Source of the DNA: Octopus sinensis
Taxonomy: Eukaryota
DNA length: 64,000 nt
Assembly: GCF_006345805.1 (NCBI RefSeq)
Contig: NC_042998.1
Span: forward strand, 173,972,001 to 174,036,000
Direction of reading: 5' to 3'
Part shown: positions 52,509 to 64,000 of the stretch, one piece after another
Position numbering within the stretch: position 1 is the stretch's first letter
How the letters are laid out: each line of letters opens with the position of its first letter
Position numbers and translations under genes: made by a program
The notes under the pieces: model-generated
The model's input: only the letters and a program-made list of their open reading frames with translations
What the model was told of the DNA's origin: nothing
Database searches by the model: none

Positions 52509-52724
52509 TACTCTTTACTCTTTTACTTGTTTCAGTCATCTGACTGCGGCCATGCTGGAGCACCGCCTTTAGTCGAGCAAATCGACCCTAGGACTTATTC
52601 TTTGGAAGCCTAGTACTTATTGTATCAGTCTCTTTAGCCGGACCGCTAAGTTACGGGGACGTAAACACACCACCATCGGTTGTCAAGCGATGTTGGAGGG
52701 ACAAACACAGACACACAAACATAT

Positions 52725-52797
<73 letters not shown>

Positions 52798-52958
52798 TAC
52801 GACGGGCTTCTTTCAGTTTCCATCTACCAAATCCACTCACAAGGCTTTGGTTGGCCCGAGGCTATAGTAGAAGACACTTGCCCAAGGTCCTACGCAGAGG
52901 GACTGAACCCGGTGTGGTTGGTAAGCAAGCTACTTACTACACAGCCACTCCTGCGCCT
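52509..52958 (-). mobile_element. SINE family B, full length
   Basis: Same head, CORE-like block and tail as 5181-5590, with a longer internal (AT)n. Confidence 0.92.
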
Positions 52959-53541
52959 AATGTTGAACTTTTTTTTATTTCTGCCGACTCATCAGTGTGG
53001 TAGAGAAAGTTAAGGCATTAATTTAGTCGTAGCAAGCCATAGTAGAATCAGAATCCATTCCTTAATCTAGAGACAACTACTGAAAGATTCGAAATTTCAA
53101 ATAAATTCAACTCATCAATTAGTTTATGCAAATTAGTACACCCTCTGCCCTCATAAAACGACTGGCTGTTACAAAATATAAACATACAAACAGTAATTTC
53201 ACTAATACACATTCCAGTCGAATATCTAAGATAACAAAAATATAGAAGTGTGCGTATTCGTGTGTTTGTAGGAATTTATCTGTATAATTTATTTGTACAA
53301 TGTTCTTTCTAATCTATATGACAGCTAACTACTTTCTTAATTTCGAAACCTCTAACATATAACTTTACACATAACATATTTACTCCCTTAAATACAGCAT
53401 TTTAAAACAGATGTGATACTGACGAACAGCGATGCTAATAGGATGCTAGACGAAATATCTACTGCATCCTTGTAAGCATTATTTCATTTATTACTTTTGA
53501 TGCTGTTAGCTCAAATACTACTGCGGGTAAAGTAAACTTAC

Positions 53542-53597
53542 CAGTCAACTATTGGCTTTGGTGTAATGGACTTGCCCCTTCTCTTCAAATTCTCTGG
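53542..53597 (-). CDS. Candidate exon, PENLKRRGKSITPKPIVD(W)
   Basis: Acceptor cattctttctaattctcaag (alternative cag 4 nt further in), consensus donor CTG|gtaagt; one open frame. Confidence 0.45.
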
Positions 53598-53649
53598 CTT
53601 GAGAATTAGAAAGAATGATTATTGATGCTGTTATTATTACTATTATTGG

Positions 53650-54225
53650 ATAAGGCAGCGACCTGACGGAATCGTTAGAGGCATTTCATCCGTCTTAACG
53701 TACTGAGTTCAAATTCCGCCGAGGCTGACTTTGCCTTTCATCCATTAAGGGACGGTAAGGTAAGTACCTGTTGAACACTGGTGTCAATGTAATCGATTAT
53801 CCCGCCTCCCCTTAGATTTCAGGCTTTGTACCTATAGTAGAAAGCATTATTTTAACAATTGGCGAGCTGGCAGAATCGTTAGCACGCGGGCGAAATGTTT
53901 AGAGGTATATCGTTTGTCACTACATTCTGAGTTCGAATTCCGCCGAGGACTACTTCGCCTTTTATCTTTTCTGGGTCGATAAATTAACTAACAGTCAAAT
54001 ACTAGGCTCGATGTGATCGATTGTTCCCCTTCCCACAAAAATCCAGGTATTTTGCCTATAGTAGAAAGAATTATTGCAACTATTGGTGAATTGGCAGAAT
54101 CGTTAGGGAGTCAGACACAATAAAACATTCCAGCCCTTTATGTCCCGGTTTCAAATCTGACCAATCTAAACTTTACCTCTCACACTTTCGGGTCGATAAA
54201 AGGAAATACCAGTCAAATACTGGTG
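53650..54225 (+). mobile_element. Three head-to-tail older SINE A-type copies
   Basis: GGCAG/ACGGAATCGTTAG heads near 53660, 53870 and 54095, each followed by a B-box and GTCGATAA-type blocks. Confidence 0.8.
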
Positions 54226-54244
54226 TTTTAGGAAGGGGTGGGGT

Positions 54245-54398
54245 AGGAAATTTCGCCAGGGAAATGATTTTTTTTTCACAGACGGTGCCCAACTGACCAT
54301 ACTAAACTCTGTAGTCGACTAAATGGAAAACAAGCAATGCGTATGCGCGAACTTAAAAATATAAAGTGGTGACAATTTATTCATCGCTCCCCGTGTAT
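54245..54398 (-). mobile_element. Solo 5' end and TIR of the maT family seen at 43192
   Basis: Reverse complement TACACGGGGAGCGATGAATAAATTGTCACC..GCGCATACGCATTG..GTCGACTACA matches 43190-43290. Confidence 0.75.
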
Positions 54399-54408
54399 GT
54401 ATGTTATA

Positions 54409-54509
54409 TTGTTTAGTACTGCTTCTTCAGAGCTTTCTAGATGTCGGCTACTTACGTTAATTACTGCTTTCACGGGTGGGTGAAAGCTCTGAAGAAGCAG
54501 TACTAAACA
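54409..54509. repeat. 28-bp perfect inverted repeat with 45-bp spacer
   Basis: TGTTTAGTACTGCTTCTTCAGAGCTTTC / GAAAGCTCTGAAGAAGCAGTACTAAACA. Confidence 0.9.
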
Positions 54510-54513
54510 TATA

Positions 54514-54559
<46 letters not shown>

Positions 54560-54838
54560 TATATATATATATATATATATACATATATATAATTATATTA
54601 ATTTTATACACACACATATATGTACATATATACATATATGTATATATATGCGTGTGTATAAAATTAATATATATATATATATAATATATATATATTATAT
54701 ATATATATATTTATATACATATATATATATATATATATACATATATGTATATATATATATATATATATATTTATATACATATATATGATTATATTAATTT
54801 TATACACACACATATATATACATATATATATATATATA

Positions 54839-54882
<44 letters not shown>

Positions 54883-55053
54883 ATATAGCAAGGAAAAATT
54901 GTAAAAATGCAGAATGCTCGATTGAAAGAAAATTTTAATGAAATGAGAAAATGAAAAAATATATATATATATATTTATTCAAACCGGTTTTCGTCATAGT
55001 TTGACTTATCAAGAATAGTTAGGTGAAAAGGTTTTTTAAAAATGAGAAAGGGG

Positions 55054-55117
<64 letters not shown>

Positions 55118-55134
55118 TGTATGTATGTATGTAC

Positions 55135-55830
55135 ATATAACTTCAGTTCCCACCATACATAAAGAGAGAGATTGTTCAATTCCTACAATCCGTTAAGAGA
55201 GGGATTGCTCAGTGCCTAAAACATCGACCAAAGGATATATGTAGCGATCCTGATACACACCAGGAAGAAATGATCAAGCTAAGTAACAATCTATAAGCAA
55301 CAACTACCCCAAAAACATACTATCCATTTCAATTATAAAGAAAAGGGGGGATGAACTCTATAAACTGGCCACAGTCTGTTTACCCTAGGTAAAAAGGCCT
55401 CTCCCAAAAGATACAAAAGATATGCGGCCCATATGCCATCGAGATAGAATTCAAGAGTAATCCAACACTTCGCAAATATCTCCTTCGAGTAAAACCACCA
55501 GTAGAAGAGAATGTGATCAAAAACTGCATGCACGCCATCCCATGCGGCTGTGGTAGGTAATACAAAGACGAAACATGCCGGCCCCCTCAAAATAAGGGTC
55601 GACGAACATCGCAAAGCTGTGACAGGAGGAGATATTGATAAATCGGGTATAGCTGATCAAGTATGGAAAAACGGAGACCATCTCCCGCCTGTGGGAGGAA
55701 GTTAAAATAATAGACAGAGAACACAACTGGAAAATAAGAAACCTAAAGGGAGCAGCTCATATGCTAGAACCGAGTGCCGATACGAGTAACATGGGAACCA
55801 GTATTAAGGAAGGATAGGAAAATATTAGAT
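55135..55830 (+). mobile_element. Penelope/Poseidon-type PLE fragment (RT thumb plus GIY-YIG)
   Basis: FSSHH..KRGIAQCL..ICSD..QEE..NNYP, VCLP*VKGLSQKIQKIC, FKSNPTLRKYL, IPCGCGR*YK.ETCRPLKIRVDEHRKAV..SGIAD.VW..DH, WEEVKIIDRE.NWKIR. Confidence 0.85.
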
Positions 55831-55934
55831 TTATAAGCCGTAAAAATTAACTCCATAATTGCCCACAGACATATGGCGTAGTGCTTAAGAGCGCGGGGCG
55901 GTGATCAGAATATCAATAATAATAATAATAATAA

Positions 55935-56055
55935 TATCATCGAAAAATACCTTAGGAATGAGAGCCCAGGTTCGAAATTTCCCCAAGACACCTGGTGAAA
56001 CGTTGTATTAACAACAAACAAGATCAGGACAAATATCCGTCAAATGTAAATAATG
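55935..56055 (+). mobile_element. pLTR-like segment with an HHR lacking stem II
   Basis: AGACAC-CTGGTGAAACGTT-GTATT: the 5' core and GAAACGUU overlap on GA; follows a (TAA)n run. Confidence 0.4.
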
Positions 56056-57712
56056 CAAAGCGGATATTTATGTTTATCAAAGGTAGAAAGTCTTCCTAAA
56101 TATGTGTGTTAGTGTGTGTTTTGTATGTTTTGTATTACGCTAAGAGGTGATGTACTGCACTCAGCTCGAGTCAAATATAGCAAACCGCTCCAAATTATTT
56201 TTATGGTATTCGTATAGATGATATCGTTTTGTAATCGAGTCGTATTAGTTGTAATAATGAAATTAAACTATACAGTGATATTTGGAAATACGTTAATATG
56301 TGCATTTCAAGTTTGCATAATATATACAAGGAAATGCAACCATTACGTAAAACCTTGCTCAGTTTAAAGACTTTCAAAAATATCCGATTTCAGCTTTCGT
56401 GTACTTTCCATCACCTAAAGCCCATTCACAAGGCATTGATCAACCCGAGTTTAAGATAGAAGTCACTTACACAATGTGTTACTGAATGGCACAGTTGCAT
56501 AACACATTTTGGCTGCGTATGTGCCTTTATCAATCATGTACGTATATAAAACATATCACACGCATAAGCATATGAAGAGAGAAAGGAAGCGAAATGATTC
56601 GAAATGCCTGAGTCCACATCACCATGAATGCTTACGAATATGTAAAATGTGAGGAATGGATTGATGTGAGCACAGTGAAAGATATATCAACGAAAAGAAA
56701 ATCGTTACTTTAAACTTGTAGGAATAGTATAGTCATAAGTGAGTGGCATGGTTTGCCTATGTACACTTCATGAAATGATTTGTAAGCGATGAATCATTCT
56801 AACCATACATGTTTTAAGTTCAAGTCAGCCGTTGGGCATTGACCGAGAGATCTCGCCCCGTAGAACACAATGTTACGACGATTAATGACAACAAAAAGAT
56901 GAAACCAGATTGTGTGTATTGTTGAGAGTTTAGGGGCAAGGAAATTCTATGTGCTGAATACTAGAGAATGAACGTTTAAACCCAGTCTCCGTCGTTAAAC
57001 GACAGATCAACCGTGCAAGAACAGATTCGTCATCAAAGGGATTTCAACCAATGCAGCCCCATTATTTTGAGAATTTAGCAATACTTTGACGACTTAGTTC
57101 TTCATCTTTCAAAACAATAGGGTGGGATTCGAAAGACTTAGTATACGACTTCTAGCAAGAGATGGCCACATAGAATCTCCTTCATTCCCTTTAAGCATTG
57201 AATGTTAAACTCTAATAGTTTTATACTGTGATTTAGTTTCGACTCCGTCTCAATACTGTATCTTTTCATTCACTTTACTAATAGTCTCTAGTCTCCGATA
57301 AATGTGTAAGTCTCCCACTAAGAAATCAAAGAGCGGCTGCTTGGTATAAATAGTAGAACACCAAACAAAATACGTTGTAGTATTTTATCTTATCTTGTAT
57401 GTTTTGAATTCAAATCCCATCGGTGTTAGCATTGCTTTCATACGTACATTGTCGATAAAATAAGACTAGTAATTGGCGATGCTTCAGTTAAAGGTGGCAT
57501 CATTGACAAAAGAAATCAATATTTGCTCCGCACTTATTTCAATGCTTCATATAAACGGAGAGTTTCCATTTCTCCGATCAACGTTTTAAACATAAACACA
57601 CACACACACATACACACACACACGCACACACACACACGCGCGTGTGTGTGTGTATGTATGAACATATGTTTTAGAAGCATATTTTATTATATATACGTAC
57701 ACACACACACAC

Positions 57713-57762
<50 letters not shown>

Positions 57763-59259
57763 ATAAATATATATATATAACATTATATACGACGTTAGCT
57801 AGTTTGAACTTGTCGACAACGTTTCTATCTTTTCGCAATGAAATCTTGCCAGAAAACTTCTCGCTGATAGTTTTTACTTATTAGTTGATATTATATTACC
57901 AACATCTGAATTAATTTTCTGTTTTCGTCTAGTGACGAAATAAAATAGTAATAAACGCCAAATATGATTTTACCTCTTTTTGAACATCGTTTTTTTTTGT
58001 TTTTTGTTTTTATTTTTGTCGTTATCTAAAATCCAGCATGAAAGGCAATACAAGAGGAAGACTTGTGGGAGAAAAGACATCCACTTATTTCTTTCTCAAC
58101 GCCTCAACATGATAGCAGTTATATCGTAAGCTGTTAGACATAAGTTCCCTTTTACTGTAATATGTTAATATACTTACGCGTTAAACCTATTATAGTTTTT
58201 AACATCTTTCTCAGTATATTTTCAAACAAATTTGCTTGCTATATTTCTGCTTTCTATTATCGCGTTAGAATTCACTAGAAAATAGTTTCTTCCGTGTTAT
58301 TAGCGGCATTAGTAACCTTAGTAATATAATGGCACTGAAACGATTTCAAATTGACATACTTATAATTTGCCATATCGAAACGAAATCATTGAATTAAAAT
58401 ATGCTGCAGCTATTTTAAATTGAATATGAAACATCCATGTGAAATCATGAACTTCTTGTCTCCTTCCTTCCCTTCATCTCTCTCCTTATTTAATCATCCG
58501 CATCAATAGCTTCTTTCATCTCTTCATCATCCTCATCTTCTTTATCTTCACCCTCATCTCTCCATCTCACACCTTATTCTCATCTTTAGCATTCTCTTCA
58601 TCATCTTCATTGTTATTATTCGTATCAGCATACTCATATTGACTACTCCACCTCTGTCATATTTCTTATCTTCAACTTCATCCACTTCATCTTCATCTCC
58701 CTCTCCTGATCCTCATATTTATCTTCCTAATCATAATTTCCTACCCCTCCTTCAGCTTTCCTCCCCCATCACCATCGTCTTCATTCCCCACTTTCTCACT
58801 TGAAGCATTTATGAAAAGTTTAGCCATATTTTTCATAATGCCCGGTCGTTATTTCTAAATTTTTGAAGAACAGAGAAGGGACGGCCAGCAGGCTTGTGAC
58901 CACCATATTGTATATTATTGAATCTTACTGTATATTTGCCTATATAATATATATTTTCTGGAGTCGGCATAATTGTAGAGAACATCTTGGCATTTATTGT
59001 GGCAATTTGCTAAATTATGGTTACATTCTAATATACCTTGGGATTCTGAATGCTTAGTATGTATTCTAAAATTTATGTTGATTATGTTAATTATGGACGG
59101 CAAGTAACATGGGATTAATCAAGTCTAGGTAGTTCTTACAATCAAATAATGCTACAGTTGGATATGAGAATATCTATGAAGACAGACACATACCTTCTCC
59201 TTATTAAGTAAACTCCCAGTTCTCGTTCAAAAGCTATATATATATAAATGCATGTATAT

Positions 59260-59394
<135 letters not shown>

Positions 59395-59633
59395 TATGTA
59401 TGTATATACGTTTGGTTGACGAGTTCAGAAATAAGTGAGATTCAGTTGAATTAAGTACTTAAGTTGAAGTACCAAGTCATTCCAGTATTATCCACACAGC
59501 CCGAAATAAGGTGAATAAAATCAAGCAACAGAATATCAAGTAGTGATGCAGTACGACCGTTTCAAGCGGCTCCATTTAATTGAACAATGCAATCATAACA
59601 TTAATTTAAATGTAGTGCCATCGTCAACTGCAC

Positions 59634-59762
59634 AAATAAATAAGCAGAATTTTACCCAGTCGGACACGTTTATATAATTTTTCTCAAATATTTTAAGAGA
59701 GCAAATATTTGAGAAAAAATATATTAACGTTTCCGACTGGTTAAAATGTTATTTATTTATTT
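59634..59762. repeat. Hairpin of about 130 nt with a 9-nt loop
   Basis: TTTTACCCAGTCGGACACGTT.ATATA.TTTTTCTCAAATATTT / AAATATTTGAGAAAAAATATATTAACGTTTCCGACTGGTTAAAA. Confidence 0.85.
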
Positions 59763-59764
59763 GT

Positions 59765-60198
59765 TCAGCAGAAGATGGCACTGATCCCCACCACACGCAC
59801 ACACTACAATCACAATGTTAGATCTTTCCTTGGTGAAATCTTTCCAAACAGGTGGATTGGACGAAGGGATTTCGTTGAATATCCTCCGTGTTTATCAGAC
59901 TTCACAGAACAAGACTTTTTTTATGGGGATACCTATCGCTGATTTGAGAGCAGCTACTGAACGAGAATACACACAAATATCAAACGTATTGTTTTGTGAT
60001 GTTTGCGATTCCATTGCTTCGCGTTGTCAGTAATGCCTGGACCAGAACGAACGTCAGTTTAGAAGCAGGCATTGACAAAACAATAAAATAATGTTTGTAG
60101 ATTCTATTAAATTTTGAAAATGAAATGTATTTTTTTATAAACACCTACCTTACAATTATTTATAGTGTGTATGCATTTTTTGGTGGGGGGACACCCTG
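59765..60198 (+). mobile_element. Tc1/mariner-superfamily 3' fragment with TIR
   Basis: HYNHNVRSFLGEIFPNRWIGRR..EYPPCLSDFT..DFFLWGYL..IASRCQ*CLDQN; ends GGGGGACACCCTG-TA. Confidence 0.8.
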
Positions 60199-60341
60199 TA
60201 TATATATATAGTTTAAAAAATCTTTTTTAAAAGAATACTTGCATAGTATTCAAATATAAGTGGCATTTTCCTTGTTTCTGTCTGACTCTGTCTCTCTTGT
60301 TTACTCTTGTGGGTTCGATGTCGTTGTGGATACTTGGCAGG

Positions 60342-60490
60342 GAAGAAGAAGAAGAAGAAGAAGAAGAAGAAGAAGAAGAAGAAGAAAAACAACAACAACA
60401 ACAACAACAACAGCAACAACAACAACAACAACAACAAGGAGGAGGAGGAGGGGGAGGAGGAGGAGGAGGGGAGGAGGAGGAGGAGGAGGA
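60342..60490. repeat. (GAA)n(CAA)n(GGA)n compound trinucleotide repeat
   Basis: Read directly. Confidence 0.97.
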
Positions 60491-61399
60491 AAAGAAGAAC
60501 GCGGGAGTGCCATGACAGTAATAGGATGTTAAATGTGCCCTGAAAGTGACTTGTTGTGGATGGTAGTAGTCATTGAATTCTTGAGACAGCTCTTTTGAAT
60601 GTTTTGTTTATAAAATTTGCGTAGGTGTTATTCTAAACAGCAATAGTGGTTAAGTTAGGAAGGAGGTGGCGAAGAGGAAGAAGACGAAGAAGAAGAAAGT
60701 GAAAGAGAATGGAGAATAAGAAGGAATGTAGGTGGCATGATAATAGTAGGATGTTAAATATTCAAGTGACCTAAAAGTGACCCGTTATGGATCATAGAAG
60801 TTATTTGGACTGTTTTTTAATGAATTCTTAGGAATCTCTTGAATGTATCATTTTTAATATTTGTGTGTGTGTTTGTGTTATTCTAAGGCCATAGTGAATA
60901 TGTCATTTGTTGTTGATGCGTTCAAAAGGGGTCCGCATTTTGTAATAAAGAGAGTCTTTTTACTAATTCGTTGCCTACAGGTTGAATTGTCAACGTTCTG
61001 AGTTCAAATTCCACCGAGGTCGGCTTTGCTTTCCACCTTTTCGGGGTCCATAAATTAAATACAAGTGAAACACTGAGGTCAATATAATCGACTAATCCCC
61101 ACCTCACAAATTTGAGGCTTTGTGCCTCAGTACAAAGGATATTAATGTACTTTTCATGTTTATATATCATTCCCATTTCTAGATTACCGTATACTAACAG
61201 TCTGGATAACTGCTTTTTATCAACCATTTACTTGTGTTTGTGTGTGTGTGTATGTATGTGTGTGTGCGTACGTGTATGTGTGTGTGTAGAATCTACACAG
61301 CGTGTCAAATTAATAGGCGGCTCAGATGTTCCGCAATAACAGTATTTATTCGTTCGAATCCAGATATTTTTCTCCTGCATGATGATAACACCCATCTGC

Positions 61400-62296
61400 A
61401 TGCACTGTACCCAAAGGAATTTGAGCCACCCATACGTAAAGAAATAACGGCCACTTTTGTTAATAGGCATCATTTTTAACGTCCTAGATTATTAGATAGG
61501 TTTAATAAAAATTCTAATTATGCAAAAACAAACATTTATTTAATGTGACAATTAATTTTTAACAAATATAATCATAACGGACTTTATAATGAACATAATA
61601 TGTTTGAATGAAAATAATACAAGAAATATGACGTCATATAGTCAATGATGGATGTATGATCTTCCACATGAGAGAACGTCCCTGACGCGTTTATCCATTG
61701 AATTTGTCAAGGTAACTACTTCATCTGGTGTAATACTGTCAACAGCATCCACAATAGCTTCCCAGAGCGCATCTTTCGTTGAAAACTGTCGTTCAGCTTG
61801 ATATATCTTCCTCTTCAGAACATTCTGTAGATTTTCAAATGAGTTTAAGTCGGGTGAAAACGCTAGCCAATTCGTCAAACGGTGTCCAGAGAACCCTGGT
61901 TCTTGTAGGTATTCCAGAGATTTCTTAGCTGCATGGGAACGCGCATTATTTTGCATGAATACCAGCGTTCTATTTAATGAAATTTTCTGCTTCTTCAACC
62001 ATGGCTTAAAATTGTCCCTTAAAAAGGAAAGATAGGCATTAGATGTCATCTTTATTCTGTCTCCAACTTTCCAATGACCAACCAACTTGTCTCCAATTGC
62101 AACCCATCCTTTACTCCACCTATCTGGTTAGTCTAGGGTAGCACGGCATTTGTCAGTAAAGAGGACTTTTGAAAAATCTAACTTCATGGAGTCTTCTGCC
62201 CATTTGTCTCTATTTTCTTTATGACCTTAATACCTTAAAGATGTGAATTTATTTTACACATTCTAATTTGTCTCCACAAATTTAAGGCTTAACGTC

Positions 62297-62298
<2 letters not shown>
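61400..62298 (-). mobile_element. Tc1-like (DD34E) transposon, 5'-truncated at (AT)n
   Basis: DFSKVLFTDKCRATLD, VFMQNNARSHAAK, WLAFSPDLNSFENL..LKRKIY (ORF 61642-62085). Confidence 0.88.
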
Positions 62299-62344
<46 letters not shown>

Positions 62345-62347
<3 letters not shown>

Positions 62348-62580
62348 CGGTCAGTAGCGACACCTGCGGGTCTGACTACGCTGCATTCATAAAGGGCAAC
62401 AACCCTGAAACATGTCTGCAGATGTCTGACTAGCAAGGTGAAGCGGCTGACCTCCCCTGTTCGAAGGGTGTAATGGACGCAGGTTCGTGTGTCATATAGC
62501 TAGCTAGAGGCGATGGCCTCTTGGAGCTAATCAGCAGCAGCTTTAGTCTTAATTTATAGACTGCCATATTAGTATGGCGA
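62345..62580 (+). mobile_element. AT-embedded GC-richer element containing an HHR-shaped motif at 62381-62421
   Basis: CTGCA-TTCATAA-AGGG-CAACAA-CCCT-GAAA-CATG-TC-TGCAG: all three stems perfect, 5' core mutated. Confidence 0.6.
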
Positions 62581-62667
62581 TAACTATAATAATATATATA
62601 TAATATATTATATATATAATATATATATATATTATATATATATATACATACATACATACAACATATC

Positions 62668-62708
<41 letters not shown>

Positions 62709-63774
62709 GTGTGTGTGTGTGTGTGTGTGCACGTGTGTGTGTGTGTTATGTATGGGTGTGAATCCGATAGATAGGAGTATGTCGATTTTTCCCCTCATAA
62801 AATAAGGTCCTAGTGTCATTTTAAAATAAATATTAGCGCTGTATATTACAACGGACCTGTGCGCGTGTGTGTAATGTATGTTTATATGTGTGAGTATGTA
62901 CATACATACACCTCTGCGTACGTGCGTGCAACGTAAAATACCCTTAACCATCTGAACCTTTGAGTTGAATCCTCTTTGTATACTTCAAGTTCGAAATATT
63001 TAATTCTCTTCATATCTTGTAATTTGCCCAACTTAACCATTATTTTCCAATTTATTTGTTATTGGAGAAGTTAATCAGTAATCAAAAATATTATTCAATA
63101 CAAGCATTTTTTTTTATCTCTCTTGGTATTTAATTCGAAGTAGTTTATGTCGAGTTATGCGCTTCGACGAAATACATAATGCAATATTTGTAACTACACT
63201 TAGCCTTCAGCCAAAACTGTATCTATCAAGTCATATCATTTTATAAAAGTAAACCACAATTAGTATTTAAAGGTTGTGGTTTGAGGCCTATATTGTCATT
63301 CATTCCTCAATAGAAAATGTTATTTATAAAGTTGGCGCTGATTAGAAGGCTGCAAGTAACAAGGGATTAAATGAATTCAATAATTTCTTCTCAGAAACAA
63401 ATTGCGTTGGAGTTGAGTAGTGAATACCTGTAAATACAATCATGCATTTCAATATGGCTAATGAAATTCGTGAAGACCGGTTTCCTCTTGGATATTCTTA
63501 TGAGATGTGTTCTATTTAGTGCTTCATTAAATTTACACAATGATGTATTGATCATTAACTATCTTATGTATGTCAGTTATTATGGAGCGTAAAAGAAAAA
63601 ATTATCGAAAATTTGTATCTCTGCTTACAGCAAAAAAATTCCAGTTCAATAATTGTTGCTATTATATCTTACTGAAATAGAGAGCAACGAAAGTTTCGGA
63701 AGTAAACCAATGAAGCATGCTTTAACTCTTTACTCTTTAGTTGAATAGAGTAAATAATGCGTAAAATATTGTGC

Positions 63775-63868
63775 AGTAATCCCTTCGACTATCACGGGTA
63801 TTACGTTCCAACACCCCACCGCGATAATGAAAATTCGCGAAAATCCGCGAAGTACAAACAGTACTGTA
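63775..63868 (+). mobile_element. pogo/Tigger-like terminal fragment
   Basis: CAGTAATCCCTTCGACTATCACGGGTATTACGTTCCAACACCCC..CGCGATAATGAAAATTCGCGAA resembles Tigger-type termini; interrupted by a SINE B. Confidence 0.5.
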
Positions 63869-64000
63869 TACTCTTTACTCTTTTACTTGTTTCAGTCATT
63901 TGACTGCGGCCATGCTGGAGCACCGCCTTTAGTCGAGCAAATCGACCCCAGGACTTATTCTTTGTAAGCCCAGTACTTATTCTATCGGTCTCTTTTGCCG
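63869..64000 (-). mobile_element. SINE family B 3' part, truncated by the window edge
   Basis: Near-identical to 52509-52640. Confidence 0.92.

Noticed and set aside
58440-58800. Acidic (Asp/Glu-rich) coding segment on the minus strand
   Set aside because: Degenerate CAT/CTT low-complexity sequence with no sustained ORF in the track and no clear splice sites.

Overview
AT-rich, microsatellite-dense eukaryotic DNA, most likely a coleoid cephalopod (octopus-type), inferred from its tRNA-derived SINE families and repeat landscape. No intact long protein-coding ORF exists; nearly all ORFs in the track are microsatellite artefacts or transposon debris. The window looks like giant-intron sequence of an unidentified minus-strand gene (three candidate short exons with good splice sites at 34002-34061, 51836-51889, 53542-53597). 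It holds fossils of many TE classes: RTE, CR1-like, HERO/NeSL-like and R4/Dong-like non-LTR elements, two Penelope-like (GIY-YIG) fragments, Ty3/gypsy, Helitron, hAT, mariner, maT, Tc1, pogo, and three SINE families. The most striking signal is a set of at least nine minimal type I hammerhead ribozyme (HHR) motifs from several unrelated families, mostly next to (AT)n tracts. Four intact-core HHRs sit as divergent pairs in long fold-back repeats (6249-6601, 17361-17880), so on either strand the antisense arm is transcribed before the ribozyme. One family has a shared non-canonical core (CUGUWGA). All calls were made by eye; TE coordinates are approximate unless termini are quoted.
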